This document shows positions 15,898 to 23,287 of a stretch of 32,000 bases of DNA, piece after piece. The translations under genes were made by a program, and so were the position numbers. Location: the NCBI RefSeq assembly GCF_001462395.1, contig NZ_LNTB01000001.1, positions 1,110,001 through 1,142,000 of the forward strand, read 5' to 3'. The notes below the pieces were generated by a model. That model saw only the letters and a list, made by a program, of their open reading frames with translations. It was not told the DNA's origin and searched no databases. Numbering within the stretch: the first letter of the stretch is position 1; every line of letters begins with the position of its first letter. Origin of the DNA: Pyrodictium occultum (GTDB lineage: Archaea > Thermoproteota > Thermoprotei_A > Sulfolobales > Pyrodictiaceae).

Positions 15898-17040
15898 TTA
15901 TGCCCCTCCCCTCAACCTCCCACCGCGTCCCCCTGACGAACTCGTGGTTCTCACCCGGGGGATTCTCTTCATCCTCTCAACCACCACGGGATCCTCCCTC
16001 GGGGGCTCTGTGGTGGAGTCGGGGAGCATGAGCCTGTCCACAGGCCTGCCCAGGTAGCCCAGCTCCCTCAGAACGGCCTCATGTTGCCTCAGGGCCTCCT
16101 CGATCTCCTCCGGGCTGGCCCTCTCCACTCCGTTGACTCTCAGGTAGTCCTCTACTGCGCTGAAAGTGAGCCTGTCCCACACTCTCCTCTTCCACTCCAG
16201 GGCGCGCTGAGTGCCCAGCTCGCGCCAGAGGCCCTCCCACTTCCGCATCACCTCCCTGTACTTGTCGTCGAGCCTGTCCAGCCGGTCGCCTTCGAAGACC
16301 TCGATGGGTGTGAGAGGGTACTTGCGGAAGAGCCAGCCTCTCCCGCGCAGGGCGGCCTCCAGCCTGCCCCTCAGCCTCCAAAGCGCGGCTGTGCTCCCCC
16401 GGAGCAGGTCTTTCCTCACGCCCACTATGATCAGCCGCTCCCTCTTCTGGGGGACTCCGAGGCTGGAGAAGTGGACGATGCCGCTGAAGATTATCTCGTA
16501 GCCCTCAGCTCCGTCCGCGCCGTCCGCCTTTATGAGCCTCCTCACCTCATCCCAGCGGAGCTTCAGGTTGGCGAAGTCGTCCAGGATGACCTTGTAGGCG
16601 AGCCCCTTATTGGCGCTGACGAGGCCGGGCACGTTCTCGAACACGAAGGCCTTGGGCTGGAGGGTGGCGAGAGCCCTCACGAAGTGGGCGTACAGCCTCC
16701 CCCTCCTGACCTCTATCCCCCTCCTGTCCCAGTCGGGGCCGCGGACAATGGAGAAGTCCTGGCATGGGGGGCCACCCGCCACCACGTCAACCCCCGCATC
16801 AGAGAGCCCGGCAAAGTCCACCCGGGCCACGTCGCAGGCCAGGATGACGCCCGGCCGAGCCTGGACTTCCAGCTCCCCACCGCACAGCTCCAGCTTGAGC
16901 CCCAGGTTCCTCGCGTACGTCATCGCCGCGGGGACCCGCAACTCGTTAGCGAACACAATCCTGAACCTCCCCGTCTGGACGAGGCCCAGGTCAAGCCCCC
17001 CAGCACCCGAGAATAGCGATGCGACCCTGTACACCTTCAC
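15898..17040 (-). CDS. DNA (cytosine-5)-methyltransferase, N-terminal and central part (motifs I-VIII plus the variable region)
   Basis: Motif I LFSGAGGLDLG, motif IV GGPPCQDFS, motif VI FVFENVPGL, motif VIII QKRERLIIVG. The GTG start overlaps the stop of the upstream RHH gene (GTGA). Confidence 0.85.
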   Translation of the reverse strand: MKVYRVASLFSGAGGLDLGLVQTGRFRIVFANELRVPAAMTYARNLGLKLELCGGELEVQARPGVILACDVARVDFAGLSDAGVDVVAGGPPCQDFSIVRGPDWDRRGIEVRRGRLYAHFVRALATLQPKAFVFENVPGLVSANKGLAYKVILDDFANLKLRWDEVRRLIKADGADGAEGYEIIFSGIVHFSSLGVPQKRERLIIVGVRKDLLRGSTAALWRLRGRLEAALRGRGWLFRKYPLTPIEVFEGDRLDRLDDKYREVMRKWEGLWRELGTQRALEWKRRVWDRLTFSAVEDYLRVNGVERASPEEIEEALRQHEAVLRELGYLGRPVDRLMLPDSTTEPPREDPVVVERMKRIPRVRTTSSSGGRGGRLRGGA

Positions 17041-17237
17041 ACTTCACCACCTCCCATCTCCCTCTTAACCTTAGACGCCACAATCGACTTCTCCGACAGC
17101 CACGACAGCACTATATTCCTGACAAGCTCAGCATCGTCGCTACCCATCACGCCACGAAGCATCTCTATAAGCTCCCACTGCTCCCGCGTAAAGGTGACCT
17201 GAACCCTCTTAACCCTCCCCCTCCTCTGCTCGCTCAT
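17037..17237 (-). CDS. ribbon-helix-helix (CopG/Arc/MetJ-like) DNA-binding protein, likely regulator of the methyltransferase operon
   Basis: 66 aa from ATG 17237. The segment RVKRVQVTFTREQWELIEMLRGVMGSDDAELVRNIVLSWL gives a beta strand plus two helices. It has a 4-nt overlap with the MTase start. Confidence 0.65.
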   Translation of the reverse strand: MSEQRRGRVKRVQVTFTREQWELIEMLRGVMGSDDAELVRNIVLSWLSEKSIVASKVKREMGGGEV

Positions 17238-17535
17238 AGCACACCAAACTCCACAGAAACACACTACGCACACACGGCTAATAAAGGTTCATTCACCCCG
17301 CCCAGGCCAGCCCTCTTAAATTCCTCGGGGCCGTGAATCTGAGTCATGTCGCGGACTGGCACGAGATATTATTTTGAGCGCGATCCTCTGACTCTTTTCC
17401 TGCCGTGCTTCTATCAGGTATAATGTTGAAAAGCCCTAAAAAGACGCTTTGCTCTCTGTTATTGGCTCAAAAACGGTGTTGCACCCGCGGAAAATGGTGT
17501 CAAAGACTGCAAGAAGCTCCAATGCAGGCCATTGC

Positions 17536-17829
17536 TTAGTTTTGCACGGTAAGTGGAATATGCTTAGTAGCTTCTGAGGGTTTAGCGTGAAGAAATCCGC
17601 GAGAGGAGGAGTAATGTAGGACTGTTATCGGCGTTGCTTGGAGCTCTGCTAGCTCCTGCTGTCTGAGCGAGATCTCCGCCTGAATCCATATAGTGACCAG
17701 CTGGAAGTATATGAGCGTGGCGATGAGTCCGTCATGTAAGCCTAGGCTGTATAATATTAGGGAGGGTATCAGTGCCAGCAGGAGAATTGCGAAGCCCAAG
17801 TCCTTTAAGGGCACGCGCGGCACGGGCAA
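17536..17829 (-). CDS. small membrane protein (hypothetical)
   Basis: 97-aa ORF with two hydrophobic helices (LGFAILLLALIPSLILYSL and LIATLIYFQLVTIWI) in a lower-GC stretch of the island. Confidence 0.35.
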   Translation of the reverse strand: MPVPRVPLKDLGFAILLLALIPSLILYSLGLHDGLIATLIYFQLVTIWIQAEISLRQQELAELQATPITVLHYSSSRGFLHAKPSEATKHIPLTVQN

Positions 17830-17866
17830 GACAGGCCCCCACAGCGTTCCCGATGTTGCCAGGCGG

Positions 17867-18712
17867 TTAAGTGAGGCCCACCTCAGCCAGGTGCTCCAGG
17901 TATTTGGGGTATGCCTGGTCTGCCTCCCCTAGGAGGTCTTCGTACCTCGCCTCGCTCACCCTCAGCTCCCCAAACCTGCTCTGCATGAACCTCGCGGCCT
18001 CCCTCCCCACAGTTTTAACCATGAGCCTCCATGCAACCTTCCTCATGTACTTGGGCAGTACTAGGCCGTGCCTCACCGCGTACCTTCTGGGCTGGTGCCT
18101 GCCAACCCTCCTAGGGGCTACCCGCATCAGCAGCTCAAGGGTCTCCCTAGAGAAGTATATCCACTCGCACTGCTTGGCCGAGCCCCTGAGGCCCATGTAG
18201 TACCTGCAGAACCCTTTATCGCCGGGGCACACCAGCCTCTCGGTTGTGACCCCAACTCCCGGTATCTCCACGGTCCCGCCAGGATCCCAGGACTCAATCA
18301 TCCTCAGCACGTGCGTGTACCTGGCCCCTGACTCGATCATGACCCTGTAGACGGTGTAGTAGACCGGGTGGTTCTCCCCCAGGAGTTCTAGGGTCCTCCT
18401 AACGTCCTCGAGGCTTATGGGGTACGGCTTGACGTCCAGCCTGTACCCCCGGGAGGGCACCGCCTCCGTTAGCCACCCGAATGCTTCGGGGCTGATCCTC
18501 CTCCTGTAGTAGAGGTATTGGACGTAGTGCCTGAATACGTTCCGGAGCCACCTATTCGGGTGGCTCACAACATAGTCGACCAGGTCCTCTGAGAGCTCCC
18601 TGCCCTCCAGGTATTTCGTGAACAGGCTCCTGTAGTACTTGAGTGTGGCGGGATCCCTGACCCTCCTGCGCCCCTTACGCTCCCTCAGGATGCTCTCGAA
18701 GTCGCGTCCCAC
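17867..18712 (-). CDS. archaeal tyrosine recombinase/integrase (SSV/pNOB8 superfamily), catalytic part
   Basis: ESGARYTHVL supplies the first catalytic Arg, LPKYMRKVAWRLM is the K/RxxR block that replaces HxxR in SSV-type integrases, and AARFMQSRFGELRVSEARYEDL supplies the nucleophilic Tyr. Confidence 0.7.
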   Translation of the reverse strand: MGRDFESILRERKGRRRVRDPATLKYYRSLFTKYLEGRELSEDLVDYVVSHPNRWLRNVFRHYVQYLYYRRRISPEAFGWLTEAVPSRGYRLDVKPYPISLEDVRRTLELLGENHPVYYTVYRVMIESGARYTHVLRMIESWDPGGTVEIPGVGVTTERLVCPGDKGFCRYYMGLRGSAKQCEWIYFSRETLELLMRVAPRRVGRHQPRRYAVRHGLVLPKYMRKVAWRLMVKTVGREAARFMQSRFGELRVSEARYEDLLGEADQAYPKYLEHLAEVGLT

Positions 18713-18897
18713 CTCAATGTGACGCCGGAGAAGCTGAGGCCGGGCATCCTCCTCAAGCCGTCCCTGAACTCCCTGACAGCGAAGCTGAGAATGGCCCTCT
18801 TCAGGTACTCATCCCTTGAGGCCGGGGCCGTGATTTTGAGTGCGAGTCCGTAGTCAACGCTACCATCCTCCCCGACAAGCCCCAGGGGCTTATCCAT
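18685..18897 (-). CDS. probable integrase N-terminal segment in a different frame
   Basis: 70-aa ORF (MDKPLGLVGEDGSVDYGLALKI...SFSGVTLRW) that runs into the integrase ORF. One extra G in the run at about 18707-18710 (minus-strand aggtggga) would give ...VTLRWGRDFESIL... as one 351-aa protein. Confidence 0.5.
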   Translation of the reverse strand: MDKPLGLVGEDGSVDYGLALKITAPASRDEYLKRAILSFAVREFRDGLRRMPGLSFSGVTLRWDATSRAS

Positions 18898-18984
18898 GCC
18901 CGGGGATCCACCGTATAGGCTGTTGGAGGGGGTATTACAGTCATATAAAAGGTGCTCTCTGGCCCCTGTCCTGGAGCGGTGTAG

Positions 18985-19056
18985 CCCTCGGCGGTGATGA
19001 GGCTGATTTGAGCCGAGTAGTGTGGATGTGGAGTGGAGACCTCGCTGAGCCGAGGG
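18985..19056 (+). ncRNA. candidate C/D-box sRNA (2'-O-methylation guide)
   Basis: An 8-bp terminal stem (ccctcggc at 18985-18992 with gccgaggg at 19049-19056) brackets C box gtgatga (18994-19000) and D box ctga (19045-19048). The internal spacing is canonical: 12-nt guide ggctgatttgag, D'-like ccga (19013-16), 9-nt spacer, C'-like atgtgga (19026-32), 12-nt guide gtggagacctcg. It is intergenic. Confidence 0.5.
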
Positions 19057-19059
19057 ACG

Positions 19060-19857
19060 CTATATTATCTCCTCCATCTTTTCCTTGATTACCTTCTCTG
19101 CATCCCCTCTCGAGACCTCTGTGAAGCCCATGCTCCGGATTGCCTCTACTATCTTCTCCGGCTGCTTTTCCAGGTCGCTGACGGGCATGTCTACTGTGGT
19201 TTCGGCACGGTAGGCTTTCCTGCCCGGGACGAGGATTACTAGGATGCGTGTTCGCCCGTCATCCTCCTTCATAACAGCTAGGCCTACGTTCTCTCCGGCA
19301 GGGTCCTTCAGTATGGCCAGGTGCTCTCCGCTCCTAGTGCTCCCGTATACTACTGCCTCGCTAACCTGTACCGGCGGCTGGGCTGCGGGCCTGGCGGCGC
19401 GCCTAGCGGCTTCCCGTATCTGGCGCTCCACCTCCGCCTCCGTTGTAGTTGTCCAGGCTCTCTCCTCCTCGGTCTCTGGCCTGGCTAGTACGTGCTCAGC
19501 CTTCTCTATCACCTCTAGCACGGCTTTCCGTACCTCCTCGTCGGGTATCCTCCTGAAGGCCTCCATCTGGAGCGTGTCGAGCTTCCACTCTATGTCTCCA
19601 TCCCTTACCTCGTACTCTACGCGTATCCGCACAGCATCACCCTTGTCTATATGGAGCTTGTTGACGAGTATCTCGAAGAGGAGGCGGTTCAGCTCGCCGG
19701 CGCGGCGGGCCACCTGCTTTGAGTCTATCTTGCCGCTCTTGATATCGTTCCTAAGCTGGGCGAACAACACCCTGCGCAGCTTGTCGGCGTAGGCACCGGC
19801 TATGACAAGGCCTGTTGAGAGCTGGGGCATACGTTCTACCCCCCTCTTACTCGTCAC
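19060..19857 (-). CDS. conserved archaeal hypothetical protein
   Basis: 265-aa ORF with normal composition. The N-terminal LSTGLVIAGAYADKLRRVLFAQL block resembles a conserved archaeal family of unknown function, but I cannot name the family with confidence. Confidence 0.55.
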   Translation of the reverse strand: MTSKRGVERMPQLSTGLVIAGAYADKLRRVLFAQLRNDIKSGKIDSKQVARRAGELNRLLFEILVNKLHIDKGDAVRIRVEYEVRDGDIEWKLDTLQMEAFRRIPDEEVRKAVLEVIEKAEHVLARPETEEERAWTTTTEAEVERQIREAARRAARPAAQPPVQVSEAVVYGSTRSGEHLAILKDPAGENVGLAVMKEDDGRTRILVILVPGRKAYRAETTVDMPVSDLEKQPEKIVEAIRSMGFTEVSRGDAEKVIKEKMEEII

Positions 19858-19914
19858 TGTAGGCCATGAGGAGGGGTTAAGTAGTGGCTTCCTCTTAAAC
19901 GGTGGCTAGGCTGG

Positions 19915-21165
19915 CTATTTCTTTAGGAAAGCGTCCAGTGCTGCCGAGCTCCTAAGCTTTCCCGCCAGTTTTGAGCGCCTGACCTCCTCAGCAGCCTCCA
20001 GGGATTTCGCCAGCCGGGCAGCCTCTTCCAGTGCATGGCCTAGGTCGCTGTAGACGGCTACGGGCTTCGAGGCCAGTATGCGCCTCACCGTCTCCCGTAT
20101 GTGCCAGTTGCCTATGGGGGCGTAGTAGTCGCGCGTTATCTCCCTTAGTATGATGGCTTTGGCTTGTCTCCTCCTGCGGTACAGGTGCTCCGCCACGGCA
20201 AGCCTGGCCGCTATGTACCCTCCGTCAAGGGGCTCCATTCTGAGGCTCGGGTGCTCGACTATGCGGTAGACCACGGGGCTCCTTGCCGCCTGGGTCCAGG
20301 GGGTCAAGGGGTGCCATACCTCTATCATCTCTGCCTCGTAACTCCCCGGCACCAGTATGACTGTGAAGTAGTTGCCCAGGTATCCGCCGTGGTAGACTTC
20401 CACCTGCCCTATGGTGTCGTAGCTCCTAACCGCATGGAGTAGGTTGTTTGATATAGTCTGGTCCACCGCTGTTATAGCCCAGCGGGTTGGGACAAGCCTC
20501 CTGCTGCGAATCCTTCCAAGCAGCCCTAGGGAGAGGGCGCGCGTGAGCAGGTACACATCAATGCCGCTACGGTATAGCTCTATTATAGCGTCTGTGCTCC
20601 TCGCGTCGTCCCAGACAAGTTTCTCGAGCTTCCTTGGCGGCCTTGGAGACTCTTCAACCTCTATCTTCTCGGCCGGCGCGCTCGGCCCCTGCGGTGCCAG
20701 CATGCCGTCAAAGCGGAGGCCCGGCAGCGGGGGCTTCGAGAGCATGGCCCGGCTGTCGACGGGTCTCTCCGATACCGCTGCTATTGATATCTCCTTCTCG
20801 TAGAGCCTCCAGGGGGCCCGAGCGTCCACACGCGTTATGGTAGATACCAGGCTCGAGCGGAGCTGGAGGAGCTCGCGGAGGCTTGGAAGCTTCTCCCTCC
20901 AGAGATCGGGAGCATCATAGAGCTGGGCCTCCTCCCCGCGGACCCCGGGCGGGATGTTGTAGAGGAGCGGGACTCTCGGGTACCCGGCCTCGCCGACCAC
21001 TATGCTGGGGGGAGTGCTGCCCTCTATCTCCCTCCCACCCCTTATCCTCGCCACCGCCTCCGCCTGGAACCTGAACTTCTCCAGGATGGGGCATACTGGG
21101 AGCCCGCAGAGCTTCTTATAGCCCTTACACCTGGTGCATAGCTGCGGAGGTATACGTCGCCCCAT
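19915..21165 (-). CDS. Nre-family DNA-repair-associated protein (DUF650/DUF651-like) with a C-terminal PIP-like motif
   Basis: Start trimmed to ATG 21165. The N-terminal Cys cluster is CTRCKGYKKLCGLPVCP. The protein is long and conserved-looking, and its extreme C-terminus SAALDAFLKK fits a PCNA-interacting motif (xxxLxxFL). Confidence 0.55.
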   Translation of the reverse strand: MGRRIPPQLCTRCKGYKKLCGLPVCPILEKFRFQAEAVARIRGGREIEGSTPPSIVVGEAGYPRVPLLYNIPPGVRGEEAQLYDAPDLWREKLPSLRELLQLRSSLVSTITRVDARAPWRLYEKEISIAAVSERPVDSRAMLSKPPLPGLRFDGMLAPQGPSAPAEKIEVEESPRPPRKLEKLVWDDARSTDAIIELYRSGIDVYLLTRALSLGLLGRIRSRRLVPTRWAITAVDQTISNNLLHAVRSYDTIGQVEVYHGGYLGNYFTVILVPGSYEAEMIEVWHPLTPWTQAARSPVVYRIVEHPSLRMEPLDGGYIAARLAVAEHLYRRRRQAKAIILREITRDYYAPIGNWHIRETVRRILASKPVAVYSDLGHALEEAARLAKSLEAAEEVRRSKLAGKLRSSAALDAFLKK

Positions 21166-21272
21166 CGATGCTCCTCTCCACGCGCCCCGGGAAGGGGGGG
21201 CAAACAGTCCCTGAGGAGCTATGGGTGGGAAGCCTTGCAAAAGGGGGTTAAGGCTCTGTGGGCGCTAGGGCC

Positions 21273-22391
21273 CTAAGCTATCTTGAACCTTAGCACCCCT
21301 ACCAGGCCCTTGAACGTCTTCTTTATCCACTCTGCCTCCGGTACACCGTCCGAGAGGAAGTAAACCTCTGTACCGTACTTCTTAGCCTCCTCGGCCAGCG
21401 CCTCGGCGTCCTCCCGGTCCTCATCGAGTATTATGAACTTAAGGGCTCCCATCTCTAGGGCTTGCCTAACCATCTTGTCTCCGTAGACAGCAAGTCCATC
21501 ATCCCTTACAAGGTGGCGCTTGAACTCCTCTATAGCCTTCACAAGCTCAGCGTACTTGTTCTTAGCTATTATATCTGAGGCCTTTATTGAAAGCTCTCTG
21601 AGCCCTGCAGGACCCTGATAGGCGACGTCTATCAGCTCGCTGGCTATCTTCTGCCTAATCCTGTAGTCTAGGAACTCCTTAGCCTCTTCTAGGAAGTCCT
21701 GCTTAGCATAGCCCGGGCCGCCTACGATTATGGCCTTCAACGCGTTCTTCTCTATGAGCGGGAGGAAGTGCTTATTCATAGCCTCGGCGACCTCCTTATA
21801 GAAGCCCTTTACGAACTGCTCTATCTGGCGGTCAAATCGCCTCTGGCTCTGCCCGCCCTTATGGTGTTTGCCGGGTACGTAGCCCTCCAGTTCCTCCAGC
21901 ACCTGGATCCTACTACCCTTGAGCAGGCCTATGGTAGCCTGGTCCCTCTCCACTATGACTAGGCCAAACGTCTCCTCATGCTCTACCATCTCCTCTAGGA
22001 ACTCCGTGTGGAACCACTTGTCGGTGCGGTAGAAGAACACTGGCACCGGCTCGGGCGGCGAGAACATTAGGCAGATGAAGTCGTGGGTCTCCATGTCCTC
22101 GCCGCAGAAGAGTACCAGGCCGTTGGGAGGCACCTTCTGCATCCTGCTCAGCCTATCCATGGCTGATGATAGCGCGCGTTGGACGGCGTCCCTGGTCCTC
22201 TTCAGCTTTATGTTGTCTGTTATAGAGTACTCCGTCCTCAACAGGCTAGCTACGTCACTTATCGGCCTACCCGGGGGTATGTATAGGCTCAGCAGCACCG
22301 TTGCCGGCGCCTTCCACTTTTTAAGCTCGCGTATTATGCGTTTGAGCGTCCTCTTGTCCACCGTGAGCTTCTCTAGGCTGCTCATCGGCAC
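21273..22391 (-). CDS. prf1: peptide chain release factor aRF1
   Basis: GGQ motif (HKKGGQSQRRF), NIK-type decoding motif (TDNIKLKRT), and the three-domain length of 372 aa. ATG 22385 is an alternative start to GTG 22391. Confidence 0.9.
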   Translation of the reverse strand: MPMSSLEKLTVDKRTLKRIIRELKKWKAPATVLLSLYIPPGRPISDVASLLRTEYSITDNIKLKRTRDAVQRALSSAMDRLSRMQKVPPNGLVLFCGEDMETHDFICLMFSPPEPVPVFFYRTDKWFHTEFLEEMVEHEETFGLVIVERDQATIGLLKGSRIQVLEELEGYVPGKHHKGGQSQRRFDRQIEQFVKGFYKEVAEAMNKHFLPLIEKNALKAIIVGGPGYAKQDFLEEAKEFLDYRIRQKIASELIDVAYQGPAGLRELSIKASDIIAKNKYAELVKAIEEFKRHLVRDDGLAVYGDKMVRQALEMGALKFIILDEDREDAEALAEEAKKYGTEVYFLSDGVPEAEWIKKTFKGLVGVLRFKIA

Positions 22392-22535
22392 AACACCCTA
22401 TTGGAGGTTTTTTAGACCGGCACAGTTTATATGGAGTATCACACCAGCACAGCGTGGCTAGTCTTATATGTATTACTTGGGCCTCAGCCTAACCAGCGCT
22501 CCCAGTCTGTGTAGCTTGAGCCGCGGGGTCTGCAC

Positions 22536-22850
22536 TTGTACCAGGTGCTCGAAATAGCTGTGATACACGGCTTCGGCCCGGTTAGTAAGGGGGTGCGCGA
22601 CAACGCTAGGCTAGCGGTGGAGGCCCTCCGCGAGCTGGGCCTCGCGGTCGACTATGTAGAGGTCCCGGTGCCGGTACTCGACTCCGAGGGGCTCTTCGAG
22701 CCGGTAGTGCTAGCCAACAATGTTGAGGTGTACATACCCTCCATAAAGGCTGACCCGGAGAAACTGGCGGACTACATACTGGCCGTGGCCGGTGCGGCTG
22801 GAGTCGGGGTTGCCGGGTTCCCCCTCCCTCCTGTAACCCTGGCTGACTAG
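22536..22850 (+). CDS. hypothetical protein
   Basis: 104-aa ORF with a TTG start. No motif recognised. Confidence 0.35.
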   Translation: MYQVLEIAVIHGFGPVSKGVRDNARLAVEALRELGLAVDYVEVPVPVLDSEGLFEPVVLANNVEVYIPSIKADPEKLADYILAVAGAAGVGVAGFPLPPVTLAD

Positions 22851-23257
22851 GCTTCAGCAGCCTTCTGCTGAACACCAACCTTGTAGAAGGGGCACGACTG
22901 CCAGTATTTCTCGCACTTCTCGGCCTCGCTCCTCGTCAGTAGCCTATTGAGTACGCGGCACTGGGCCAGGTAGCCCCCACTGTACTCGTAGACCCTCATG
23001 AAGGGGCAGCGCTGCTGCGGCCTCGAGGTAAGCAGGTGTATGGGCGGGTACGGCTTCAGCTGATCAGCTATGGCGGGTCTTAACCCGGCCTCCAGGCCGG
23101 TGCGCCTCCTCTGTCCCTTGTCCGGGTCGACATAGAACTGGCATGCCCTGTACTCAGCCTCGCTCCCCTGGCACCTTGAGGGAGAGGTGACAGCGGCAGT
23201 GGGCCTCGACAGCTTAGGTGATGTACACATGCCGTTGCGGTACCAGGGACACGGCAC
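22847..23257 (-). CDS. Cys-rich protein with two copies of a four-Cys CPxY-type module
   Basis: Module 1: CPWYRNGMC...C...CQFY. Module 2: CPFMRVYEYSGGYLAQC...C...CPFY. There are 8 Cys in 136 aa. It lies 30 nt downstream of the HTH/coiled-coil gene. Confidence 0.55.
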   Translation of the reverse strand: MPCPWYRNGMCTSPKLSRPTAAVTSPSRCQGSEAEYRACQFYVDPDKGQRRRTGLEAGLRPAIADQLKPYPPIHLLTSRPQQRCPFMRVYEYSGGYLAQCRVLNRLLTRSEAEKCEKYWQSCPFYKVGVQQKAAEA

Positions 23258-23287
23258 GCCAGGCCCCCTCCCCGCGGTAGTAGGCCT

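Larger units (their letters stand above)
13780..18960. mobile_element. integrase-bearing genomic island carrying an m5C restriction-modification module plus mismatch glycosylase (boundaries approximate)
   Basis: The gene content is integrase, RHH, MTase, REase candidate and Mig-like glycosylase, flanked by conserved archaeal core genes. No att repeats or tRNA target were found. The left edge could extend to about 10.8 kb if the repeat region and the two-wH gene belong to the same element. Confidence 0.5.

Noticed and set aside
16081-17016. 311-aa ORF on the + strand, antisense to the methyltransferase, plus similar long antisense ORFs across the window (for example 9127-9609, 19244-19792, 7634-8119).
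   Set aside because: The composition is Pro/Gly/Arg/Leu-rich low-complexity sequence with no motifs. The opposite strand carries clear motif-bearing genes. Long antisense ORFs are expected in GC-rich DNA with few antisense stop codons.
17326-18838. A 19-bp near-repeat, cggggccgtgaatctgagt (17326-17344) versus cggggccgtgattttgagt (18820-18838), flanking the integrase as candidate att sites.
   Set aside because: The match is 17/19. By rough estimate, several such matches are expected by chance in 32 kb on two strands, and the geometry (one copy inside the integrase N-terminus, the other 520 bp downstream) fits no known integration scheme.
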